A DNA stretch of 64,000 bases from Verrucomicrobiota bacterium. Lineage in GTDB: Bacteria; Verrucomicrobiota; Verrucomicrobiia; Limisphaerales; Palsa-1400. Each line of letters begins with the position of its first letter. The first letter of the stretch is position 1. The notes below the pieces were generated by a model. That model did not search any database and was not told where the DNA came from. It saw only the letters and a program-made list of their open reading frames with translations. The position numbers were made by a program, and so were the translations under genes. The DNA is taken from contig JBEKYR010000003.1 in the NCBI GenBank assembly GCA_049510745.1, positions 160,001 to 224,000 of the forward strand. The letters are read 5' to 3'. Shown piece by piece: positions 56,210-64,000 of this stretch.

Positions 56210-56274
56210 GTAGGAGTTATCAGCTCGGAAATACTCCGGCGGTTTTCCCTTGCAGGATGGCAAACTCCATTGCC
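56210..56274 (-). ncRNA. Fluoride riboswitch (crcB RNA motif)
   Basis: Minus strand GGCAAUGGAGUUUGCC-AUCCUGCAAGGGA-AAACCGCCGGAGUAUUUCCGAGCUGAUAACUCCUAC: P1 GGCA/UGCC, conserved AUG, AACCGC..GCUGAU, pseudoknot GGAGUU/AACUCC, terminal UAC. Confidence 0.9.
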
Positions 56275-56455
56275 GATGGATCGCGCTCTCAATACAGGTT
56301 CTCGAAATCATTGGCAAGCGATTTCAGGGCGTTTTCAGGGTTGGATTTTTCATCCGTTTTTGGGCGTGATTACTCTGCACGATTTGTTGCGGGCGCAAGT
56401 CGAGAAGGCGGGCGGATAGCAAACCACCGGTGTTTTTTGACGCGCCCGGACCCGT

Positions 56456-57661
56456 TCAATCCCAAGGGATCATCGGCACGGTCGCGCCGGCGGCAAGGGT
56501 GGTCTTCGGGGGAATATCCACCAACCCGCTGGCCCGCGCCATCGCGCTGAGGAGGTGGGAGGATTGACCGCCGGCGGAGCGGATCGCGCCAAGGGCGTCG
56601 AGCGTGACGCGCGCAAACTGGCGCCGTTCGCCGGGATTGGCCAGCGGTTCGGACAACGTCGCCGGAATCGTCCTTGGGAACACATCGCGCGCGCCCTGCA
56701 TCCGCAGCAACGCCGGCCGCGCCAGCAGGAAGAAAGTGACCAGCGCGGAGGCGGGATTGCCCGGCAACCCGAAGAACAGCTTGTCCTTCCATCGCCCGAA
56801 AGCAAACGGTTTGCCCGGCCTCATCGCCACGGTCCAGAAATCCAGCCCCCCGCCGATGGCGGTGAAGGCCGCCTTGACCCAATCCATTTCGCCGACCGAC
56901 ACTCCGCCAGTGGTGATGACCAGGTCGCATTGCGCCAGCGCCCCTTCCAAGGCCGATTGGGTCGCGGCCAGATCATCCGGCGCCAGGGGATAAAGGGTGG
57001 GAACGGCGCCGGCCTGTTGCGCCAGGGCGGCCAGGCCGGCGCGATTGCTTTCGTAGATCGTGCCCGGAGCCAGGGGCTGGCCCGCTTCGCGCAATTCGTT
57101 TCCGGTCGCCAGCAACCCCGCCGTCGGACGCCGCCCGGCGCGCACGGAGGAAATTCCCGCCGCCGCCAGCAAGCTCAGGCGCGCGGCCGTCAGTTTTTCG
57201 CCGGCCTCCACCAGCCGCGCCCCGGCTTTCACATCCCCGCCGCGGAATCGGACGTTCTCCCACGGGGCGGCGCGCTGGGCAAAGAGCGCGCGCGCCGGGT
57301 CTTGCGCGTTCAGCCGGACCTCCTCCTGCATGACGACGGCGTCCGCGCCGGGCGGGAGGATCGAGCCGGTGAACACCCGCGCGCACGTCCCCGCCTCCAC
57401 GCATTTGTCAAATATAACCCCGGCGGGCGCGGCGCCAATGACCCGCAACGCCACGGGCGAGTCCGCCGACGCGGAGACCAAATCCGCCGCCCGCACCGCG
57501 TAACCGTCCATGGCGGAATTGTCGGCGGGCGGCAGGTCCACCGTGGAGAGCAGAGGCTCGGCGACGAAGCGGCCCAGCCCCTCGCGCAGCTCGACCGTTT
57601 CAAAGGGCAGGGGTTGGACGGCGGCCAGAATCTGCTCGCGGGCTTGCTCCAGGCTCAACAT
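56456..57661 (-). CDS. moeA: Molybdopterin molybdotransferase
   Basis: DNSAMDGYA, PPGADAVVMQE, TGNEL, TTGGVSVGE, MRPGKP, GLPGNPAS. Confidence 0.95.
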   Translation of the reverse strand: MLSLEQAREQILAAVQPLPFETVELREGLGRFVAEPLLSTVDLPPADNSAMDGYAVRAADLVSASADSPVALRVIGAAPAGVIFDKCVEAGTCARVFTGSILPPGADAVVMQEEVRLNAQDPARALFAQRAAPWENVRFRGGDVKAGARLVEAGEKLTAARLSLLAAAGISSVRAGRRPTAGLLATGNELREAGQPLAPGTIYESNRAGLAALAQQAGAVPTLYPLAPDDLAATQSALEGALAQCDLVITTGGVSVGEMDWVKAAFTAIGGGLDFWTVAMRPGKPFAFGRWKDKLFFGLPGNPASALVTFFLLARPALLRMQGARDVFPRTIPATLSEPLANPGERRQFARVTLDALGAIRSAGGQSSHLLSAMARASGLVDIPPKTTLAAGATVPMIPWD

Positions 57662-57672
57662 TCTCAATCCCC

Positions 57673-59412
57673 CTATTCGGAGGAGGTGGTCAGAAGGGTC
57701 TGCTCCAGGGTGGAAAAACCGTCCCTCACCTTTTCCAGGCCGACGGTGCGGAGCGTTTTCATGCCCTGGGCGATGGCGATTTTGGCCAGTTCCTGCGCGC
57801 TGGCGCGCTTGATGATGAGTTTGCGGAGTTCATCGCTCATGGTCATCGCCTCGATGATGGCCAGGCGGCCGGAGTAGCCGGTATTCTTGCAGCGCTCGCA
57901 GCCGCGCCCGCGGTGAAGTTGGGCGCCCGCAAAGTAGTTTGGATCAATGCCCAAATCCTCGAACATCTTGTCCGGGTAGCTCACCGGTTCCTTGCAACTG
58001 GAGCAAATCCGGCGCATCAACCGCTGCGCGCAGGACAAAATCACCGCCGACGAAATCAAAAACGGCGCGATCTCCATGTCATCCAGCCGCGCAATCGCGC
58101 CCGCGGCGTCGTTGCAGTGCATGGTGCTCAGGACCTGGTGGCCGGTCAGGGCGGACTCGACCGCGATTTCCGCCGTCTCCGTGTCCCGGATTTCCCCGAT
58201 CATGATGATGTCCGGGTCCTGGCGCAGGATGGAGCGCAGGGCGTTGGCGAAGGTCAGGCCAATCTCCTTCTTGACAGGCACCTGGTTGACGCCGGGAAGC
58301 TGGAACTCGACCGGGTCCTCGACCGTCACGATGTTGAATTCCGGCCCGTTCAACTCGTTGAGGGCGGAATAAAGGGTCGTGGTCTTGCCCGAACCGGTCG
58401 GGCCTGTGACCAGAATCAGGCCGTGGGGCGCATCGACCGCGGCTTTGAAACGCTTGAAGGTTTCGGCATCGATCCCCAGCTTGTCCATGCTGGCGGAAAG
58501 GTTTGACTTGTCCAGCACGCGCAAGACGCATTTTTCGCCGTGAACGGTGGGCAGAAAGGAGACGCGCAAATCGACGTCGCGGCCGCCGACGCGCACGCGC
58601 ATGCGTCCGTCCTGGGGCAGGCGCCGCTCGGCGATATCGAGGCTGCTCATGACTTTGATGCGGGAGGTCAAGGCCACCTGCAGGTTCTTGGGCGGGGGCG
58701 GCATGTCCACCAGGCCGCCGTCGATACGATAGCGCAGCCGCACCATGCCTTCGAACGGCTCGATGTGGATGTCGCTGGCGCGGTCTTTGATGGCTTGCAC
58801 CAGAATGAGATTGGCCAGCTTGATGACCGGCGCCTCCTCGGTCGAGGCGGTCAATTGCGCCAGATCGGTCGTTTCGGCCGCCTCCTGGGTCACCTCCAGG
58901 TTGTCCGCCTCCGCTTCCGCCTCCGCCTGCTTGGCGGCGTCCTGGATGATTTCCTCCATGCTGGTGGAGCGGGCCCCCTCGAGGTTGGCCAGTTTGTCGA
59001 GGATGGCCTTTTCCGAAGCGATGAGCGTGGAGACTTCCAACTTGGTCATGCGCTTGATGTCGTCCACCGCCAAAACGTTGAGCGGATCCGCCATGGCCAG
59101 AAAGAGCCGGTTGCCCAGCCTGGAAATGGGAAGGACCTTGTAGTTGGTCGCCATGTCGCGCGGCACCAAGTCCGCCACCTCCGGCGCCAGGCCCAGGCGG
59201 GCCACGTTGATCGGCGGGGTGTTCAAGACCCGGCCCATCGAGACGACCAGGTCGTTGTCCGTGACGTAGGCCTTTTCGATCACCAGTTTGAGGAAGCGCG
59301 TGCCCTCCTTTTTCTGCTTCTCCATCAACTCCTCGACTTGCGCCGTGTTCAGCAAGCCGTCCTCGACCAGGGCGTCGGCGATGCGTTCTCCAAGTGACTT
59401 GACAGGCGGCAT
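57673..59412 (-). CDS. PilB/GspE type IV pilus/T2SS assembly ATPase
   Basis: ASDIHIEP, LDIAERRLPQDGR, GPTGSGKTTT, LRQDPDIIMIGEIRD, CxxC..CxxC. Confidence 0.92.
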   Translation of the reverse strand: MPPVKSLGERIADALVEDGLLNTAQVEELMEKQKKEGTRFLKLVIEKAYVTDNDLVVSMGRVLNTPPINVARLGLAPEVADLVPRDMATNYKVLPISRLGNRLFLAMADPLNVLAVDDIKRMTKLEVSTLIASEKAILDKLANLEGARSTSMEEIIQDAAKQAEAEAEADNLEVTQEAAETTDLAQLTASTEEAPVIKLANLILVQAIKDRASDIHIEPFEGMVRLRYRIDGGLVDMPPPPKNLQVALTSRIKVMSSLDIAERRLPQDGRMRVRVGGRDVDLRVSFLPTVHGEKCVLRVLDKSNLSASMDKLGIDAETFKRFKAAVDAPHGLILVTGPTGSGKTTTLYSALNELNGPEFNIVTVEDPVEFQLPGVNQVPVKKEIGLTFANALRSILRQDPDIIMIGEIRDTETAEIAVESALTGHQVLSTMHCNDAAGAIARLDDMEIAPFLISSAVILSCAQRLMRRICSSCKEPVSYPDKMFEDLGIDPNYFAGAQLHRGRGCERCKNTGYSGRLAIIEAMTMSDELRKLIIKRASAQELAKIAIAQGMKTLRTVGLEKVRDGFSTLEQTLLTTSSE

Positions 59413-59418
59413 AACGGA

Positions 59419-60264
59419 TCAACGATAGGCTTTGGCCAGCACGCGCAGCAAATCGGCCGGCGCGGCCAGATACCAGAGCAGCCGGGTTTTGAGTCTCTCC
59501 TCCAGGTCCGCGGCGGCTTGTTTGTTGAAGGGGTTGGCGGTGGCGACCATGATGGTTTTGCTCATCCGGTCAAAGGGCGCCACGCACCAGCGCTGGCAAA
59601 TCTCGCGCGAGGCCGACCGCAACAGGTCGATGTCCAGTTCGTATCGCTCCAGCGGAATATAGGCCAGGCGCGAACGGTCCGAGAGCAGCCTGAGCGAGGT
59701 CTCCACCGGCACCAATTGCCGTTCCCCAAGGTTGTGAATGAACGGCTCGACCGTTCTTGTCGGCGGTATCGTCAGACTGGGCACGGGCCAGCAGGCCTCA
59801 AAATCGCCGACCGAGATGATCTTGCCCTCGACAAAATACTTGAACATGAGCTGGCGGCCATCATCGACTTCCGGCTGGGCGGCGGCTTTGCCGGCGCCTT
59901 TTTTGGTCAGAGTGGTGGAGCTGCTTTTGACCGGCGCCTCCGCTTCCGGCGGGCGGTTGGTCAGATTGTTCGCCTTGCTCTCGATTTGCGCCATGGCCGC
60001 CACCGCGTCCTTGTCATCGGGGTGGCGCTGGAGGACGGTTTCGAATTCGAGGATGGCCGAAGAAAGCTGGCCCAACTGCACATAGGCCTGGGCGATGCGT
60101 TTGGAGGTGTCGATGACTTCCTTCTCCATCCCCAGCTTGAGATAGGCTTCCTTGAGGATTTCCAGCGATTGATAATCCTGCGGCTGCGATTGAGTAATGA
60201 CCTCGAACATCTCAATCGTCTGCCGCAATTGCGCCTCTTCGCCCGGATTTAATGTGCCAAGCAT
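59419..60264 (-). CDS. TPR plus GspE/PilB N-terminal (T2SSE_N-like) domain protein
   Basis: N-terminal TPR-like helices; C-terminal EICQRWCVAPFD..IMVATANPF resembling the ATPase N1 domain. Confidence 0.6.
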   Translation of the reverse strand: MLGTLNPGEEAQLRQTIEMFEVITQSQPQDYQSLEILKEAYLKLGMEKEVIDTSKRIAQAYVQLGQLSSAILEFETVLQRHPDDKDAVAAMAQIESKANNLTNRPPEAEAPVKSSSTTLTKKGAGKAAAQPEVDDGRQLMFKYFVEGKIISVGDFEACWPVPSLTIPPTRTVEPFIHNLGERQLVPVETSLRLLSDRSRLAYIPLERYELDIDLLRSASREICQRWCVAPFDRMSKTIMVATANPFNKQAAADLEERLKTRLLWYLAAPADLLRVLAKAYR

Positions 60265-60380
60265 GACCAGGTTTTGACTGTGTCACACTAACCGAGGGGC
60301 GGTCCCAAAGCAATCTTGTTTCGCGGCGGTTGGATTTTGTTTTCTTTTCGGCGGCGGAGACCTTAAAAAGACAGGCGGCA

Positions 60381-61076
60381 ATGAAGACATTCGCTGAATT
60401 GGGGTTTCCAGGGCGGCTGATCGCCGTCGAAGGGTTGGATGGCTCGGGTAAATCGACGCAGATTTACCTGCTCAAACGCTGGCTGGAACTGCAAGGGCTG
60501 AAGGTCTTTTTCAGCGAATGGAATTCCTCGGCGCTGGTCAAAAATGCCACCAGCAAGGGAAAGAAGCGCGAGCTGCTCTCGCCCACCACCTTCAGCCTGA
60601 TCCATGCGACCGATTTCGCCGACCGCTACGAGCGCCAATTGGTCCCGCTCTTGCGCGGCGGATACATCGTCCTGTGCGACCGCTACATTTTTACCGCCTT
60701 CGCCCGCGACACCGTCCGCGGCTGTCCGTCCGAATGGGTGCGCGGCATCTACGATTTTGCCGCGATGCCCGACTTGGTGTTCTTTTTCAAGGCGCCCCTG
60801 GAGATTTCCCTGCAACGCATCCTGGACGGGCGGCCGCAGTTGAAGTACTTCGAGGCGGGGATGGATTTGCGGCTGTCCAGCGATCCGTATGAGAGCTTTC
60901 GGATTTTCCAGGGCCGCATCCTGGAGCAATATCTGGCCATGAGCGCGGATTTCAAGTTTCTGGTCGTCGATGGCAGCCAGCCGATTGAAGCGCAGCAAAA
61001 CATCGTGCGCGACCTCATTGCGGCCAAGCTGGACCTGGGCAAGTTCGCCAAGCTCAAACGCCACCAAAAACCATGA
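60381..61076 (+). CDS. Thymidylate-kinase-like protein 1
   Basis: VEGLDGSGKST P-loop, CDRY motif. Confidence 0.85.
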   Translation: MKTFAELGFPGRLIAVEGLDGSGKSTQIYLLKRWLELQGLKVFFSEWNSSALVKNATSKGKKRELLSPTTFSLIHATDFADRYERQLVPLLRGGYIVLCDRYIFTAFARDTVRGCPSEWVRGIYDFAAMPDLVFFFKAPLEISLQRILDGRPQLKYFEAGMDLRLSSDPYESFRIFQGRILEQYLAMSADFKFLVVDGSQPIEAQQNIVRDLIAAKLDLGKFAKLKRHQKP

Positions 61077-61822
61077 AACGCACGCGCCCCGCCTCCACCC
61101 GAAAACCCCACCCGGGCATCGTCGTCCCGCGGCCCAAGCCGCGGCGCTTTTACGGCCAGGGGGTGCCGGGAGTGGACCTCTCCAAACTGGCCGGCAAGTT
61201 GATTGTGGTGGAAGGGGCCGACGGGTCGGGGCGCTCGACGCAGATCGCCCGGCTGGTCGAATGGCTCGAAGGCAGCGGACACGCCACCGTGCAGGTGGGG
61301 CTGAAGCGGTCCACGCTGGTCAGCGAAGAATTGGACCAGGCGCAGCAGGGCAATATTCTCAGCCACACCACCTTGAGCCTGTTTTACGCGACGGACTTTG
61401 CCGATCAACTGGAAAACATCATTTTGCCCAGTCTGCGCTCGGGCTTCATGGTGCTGGCCGACCGCTACATTTACACGTTGATGGTGCGCGACATGGTGCG
61501 GGGCATGGACGCGGCGTGGCTGAGGAACCTTTATGGCATTGCGCTGGTGCCGGACGTGGTGTTTTATTTGAACGTGCGGCCCGAAGAACTGGTGGAGCGA
61601 ACGTTCGCCAAAAAGCAGGCGCTTGATTATTGGGAAAGCGGGATGGACTTGGGATTGTCGCGCGATATGTTCGACAGCTTTCTGCAATATCAGGCGCTGG
61701 TCGCGGCCAAGTTCAAGGAGTTGCAGCGCACCTACGGCTTTACCATCGTCGATGGCCACTGTTCGGCCGACGAAATCAACGTCGAATTGCGCCGGCGCAT
61801 TGAAAGCGTGCTGACCGGATAA
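61073..61822 (+). CDS. Thymidylate-kinase-like protein 2 (P-loop Lys to Arg)
   Basis: VEGADGSGRST, ADRY; paralog of the upstream gene, ATGA overlap. Confidence 0.85.
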   Translation: MKRTRPASTRKPHPGIVVPRPKPRRFYGQGVPGVDLSKLAGKLIVVEGADGSGRSTQIARLVEWLEGSGHATVQVGLKRSTLVSEELDQAQQGNILSHTTLSLFYATDFADQLENIILPSLRSGFMVLADRYIYTLMVRDMVRGMDAAWLRNLYGIALVPDVVFYLNVRPEELVERTFAKKQALDYWESGMDLGLSRDMFDSFLQYQALVAAKFKELQRTYGFTIVDGHCSADEINVELRRRIESVLTG

Positions 61823-61851
61823 CATGATCCACCCCTCTCCATTGTCCTAAC

Positions 61852-62838
61852 ATGGCCGAAGCCACCACCAAAGCGGAGCATTACGTCGGCGTCGATCTGG
61901 GCGGCACCAAGATTCTGGCCGGGGTGTTCGACGACAAGTTGAACTGCCTGGGGCGCAGCAAAATGAGCACCAAATCCGAGCGCGGCGCCGAGGAGGTCAT
62001 CGAGCGCATTGCCCGCTGCGTCCGCGACGCCGTCGATGAATGCGATCTGGACCTCAAGCAAGTGCGGGCAGTGGGACTGGGCGCGCCCGGGGCGGTCGAT
62101 GCCGAAACCGGCCGGGTGATCTTCGCCCCAAACCTGCAATGGCAGGACGTGCCCCTGAAAAAAATGCTGGAAAAGCAGTTGGGCGGCGTGCCCGTGGCGG
62201 TGGAAAACGACTGCAACAGCGCGACGCTGGGAGTTTTTGAAAAGGAACTGCAATCCAAACCGCGGCACCTGGTTGGAATCTTCATCGGCACCGGCATCGG
62301 CGGCGGCCTCATCCTGGACGGGAAATTGTATTCCGGTTTCAACGGGACGGCGGGGGAGGTCGGACACATGGTGATCCAGGTGGGCGGGCCGAAATGCAGT
62401 TGCGGCAACCGCGGCTGTTTTGAGGCCGTGGCCAGCCGCGGCGCCATCTTCCGCTCCCTGCACGCCGCCATCAAGGACGGCCAGAAAAGCGTGCTGACGG
62501 AAATGCTCGGGCCGGACTTGACCGACTTGCGCAGCGGGGATTTGCGCAAAGCCATTCGCAAGGGCGACAAGTTGGTGGAAAAAATCGTGGAAGAGGCCGC
62601 CGAATACACCGGGATTGCCGTCGCCAATTTGATCAATGTTTTCAACCCCCAAATCGTTGTCCTGGGCGGCGGCGTCATCGACGCCCTCGGCGATGAGATG
62701 ATGGCCATTATCGTCGAAACCGCCGAGGATTATTCCATGAGCGGCACGAACAAAGGCATCGAAATCGTGGCCAGCAAGGAAGGCGATGACGCCGGCATCA
62801 TCGGTGCCGGCGTCCTGGCGCGCCGGGCCACAAAATAA
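61852..62838 (+). CDS. ROK family sugar kinase (glucokinase-like)
   Basis: GVDLGGTK, ENDCN, GTGIGGG, EVGHM, CSCGNRGCFE. Confidence 0.92.
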   Translation: MAEATTKAEHYVGVDLGGTKILAGVFDDKLNCLGRSKMSTKSERGAEEVIERIARCVRDAVDECDLDLKQVRAVGLGAPGAVDAETGRVIFAPNLQWQDVPLKKMLEKQLGGVPVAVENDCNSATLGVFEKELQSKPRHLVGIFIGTGIGGGLILDGKLYSGFNGTAGEVGHMVIQVGGPKCSCGNRGCFEAVASRGAIFRSLHAAIKDGQKSVLTEMLGPDLTDLRSGDLRKAIRKGDKLVEKIVEEAAEYTGIAVANLINVFNPQIVVLGGGVIDALGDEMMAIIVETAEDYSMSGTNKGIEIVASKEGDDAGIIGAGVLARRATK

Positions 62839-62912
62839 CGAGTTACCGCCCGCATCAGACATTGAAGGCGCCATCGCCGGCCGCGAGGGTCCTTCCAGCG
62901 AAAATGGCGACT

Positions 62913-63857
62913 ATGAACCGCACCAATCCACAACGCCGCGCCGTTATCGACATCGGCACCAACTCCGTCAAGCTGTTGGTGGCCGATCTGGCGGACCAAT
63001 CGCTGGCGCCGGTTTCCGAATCCAGCAAGCAGACGCGGCTGGGGGCCGGGTTCTATGGAACTCGCCGGTTGCTCGAGCCGGCCATCGCCTTGACGGCGGA
63101 CGCCGTGGTGGAGTTCTCCAAGACCGCCGCCGAACTGGGCGCGTCCAACGTCCGCCTCATCGCCACCAGCGCCGCCCGCGACGCCCTCAACGTCTCAGCA
63201 TTGAGCGACGCCATCCGCCGCCGATGCGGGTTGGAAATGGAAATCCTCTCCGGCGACAAGGAGGCGGACTGGGTGTTTCGCGGCGTTACCACCAACCCGA
63301 AGCTGGCGCAGTCACCGGTGCTGGTTTTGGACGTGGGCGGCGGGAGCACGGAGTTCATCGTGGGCGACCACGCGGTGCCGCAATTCCGCAGCAGCTACGG
63401 CCTTGGGACGGTGCGGTTGCTGGAGCAATTGCGGCCCTCCGACCCGCCGGGGCTGCGGGCGTTGATCGGCTGCCGGGTATGGCTGCGGGATTTTTTGAGG
63501 GCGGAGGTGGTGCCGCTGCTCAAGCCGGCCTTGGACGCCTGCCAGCGGCCCGTTCAATTGGTCGGCACCGGCGGGACGGCCACCATTCTGGCCCGCATCG
63601 AGACGCGGATGACGGGTTTCGATCGCGACAAAATAGAAGCCACCGCGCTGACCCTCGATCGCATCCGCGCCCACGCGGAGTCGCACTGGCAAATGACCCT
63701 GGAGGAGAGGCAGAACATTGTTGGCATGCCGCCCAAGCGCGGGGACGTCATTCTCACCGGCGTGGCCATCTACGAGGCGATCATGGAGCAGTTTGGGTTC
63801 AAGCGATTGGCCGTCAGCACGCGCGGCTTGCGGTATTGGGCGTTGCTGCACCCCTGA
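62913..63857 (+). CDS. Ppx/GppA family phosphatase
   Basis: IDIGTNSVKL, ATSAARDA, SGDKEA, DVGGGSTE, GTGGT, GLRY. Confidence 0.92.
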   Translation: MNRTNPQRRAVIDIGTNSVKLLVADLADQSLAPVSESSKQTRLGAGFYGTRRLLEPAIALTADAVVEFSKTAAELGASNVRLIATSAARDALNVSALSDAIRRRCGLEMEILSGDKEADWVFRGVTTNPKLAQSPVLVLDVGGGSTEFIVGDHAVPQFRSSYGLGTVRLLEQLRPSDPPGLRALIGCRVWLRDFLRAEVVPLLKPALDACQRPVQLVGTGGTATILARIETRMTGFDRDKIEATALTLDRIRAHAESHWQMTLEERQNIVGMPPKRGDVILTGVAIYEAIMEQFGFKRLAVSTRGLRYWALLHP

Positions 63858-63927
63858 CGGCGCGCGCGGAAAGGCATCCTCTCTTGATGAAACCAACACG
63901 GTCGCCGGCAAGGCAAAAACCCGGAAT

Positions 63928-63961
63928 AAAAAAAGGGCGGACGCCATTGCAGCGTCCGCCC
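63928..63961 (-). terminator. Rho-independent terminator for a minus-strand transcript entering from beyond the window
   Basis: 10-bp stem GGGCGGACGC/GCGTCCGCCC, 7-nt loop, 7-nt A run on + (U tract on -). Confidence 0.75.
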
Positions 63962-64000
63962 CCCAACAACCAAACTAACCAACCCTTGACCTCAGCAGCA

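Noticed and set aside
56156..56317. 54-aa N-terminal extension of IlvD in the ORF track
   Set aside because: Homology begins at MRSDMIKKG (56155); the upstream stretch is the riboswitch leader and promoter.
1..64000. tRNA or rRNA genes
   Set aside because: No cloverleaf with T-loop/D-loop consensus or rRNA-like stretch noticed in intergenic regions; tRNAscan-SE would confirm.

Overview
High-GC bacterial chromosomal segment, probably Verrucomicrobiota (an inference from the protein families and the RFYR-type secreted-protein tail). About 1-36.7 kb is a large Wzy-dependent exopolysaccharide/capsule locus. It contains a Wzc fragment, sugar-nucleotide enzymes, glycosyltransferases, Wzy-like and Wzx proteins, an outer-membrane beta-barrel, rml-type genes interrupted by a Phd/VapC toxin-antitoxin pair, an exosortase, a PrsT-like TPR lipoprotein and Wza, with three sigma54-type promoters. 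36.7-42.5 kb is an Rrf2 regulator divergent from a porin plus sulfate ABC operon. 42.5-44.6 kb is a rearranged patch: a truncated four-helix-bundle gene, an NHL protein and short tandem/inverted repeats. Next come a GH51 enzyme, an MBL hydrolase and a TIGR03790-like gene. 48.7-51.1 kb is a compact Mu-like module: an XRE repressor, three palindromic operators, a degenerate MuB and an intact Gam. The remainder holds an anion permease, ilvD, moeA, a PilB/GspE ATPase and a tandem thymidylate-kinase-like/ROK/Ppx cluster. The strongest unexpected signal is a fluoride (crcB-motif) riboswitch 54 nt upstream of an ilvD that itself carries a ~170-aa insertion containing a SnoaL/NTF2-like domain. All assignments come from reading motifs by eye; no database searches were run.
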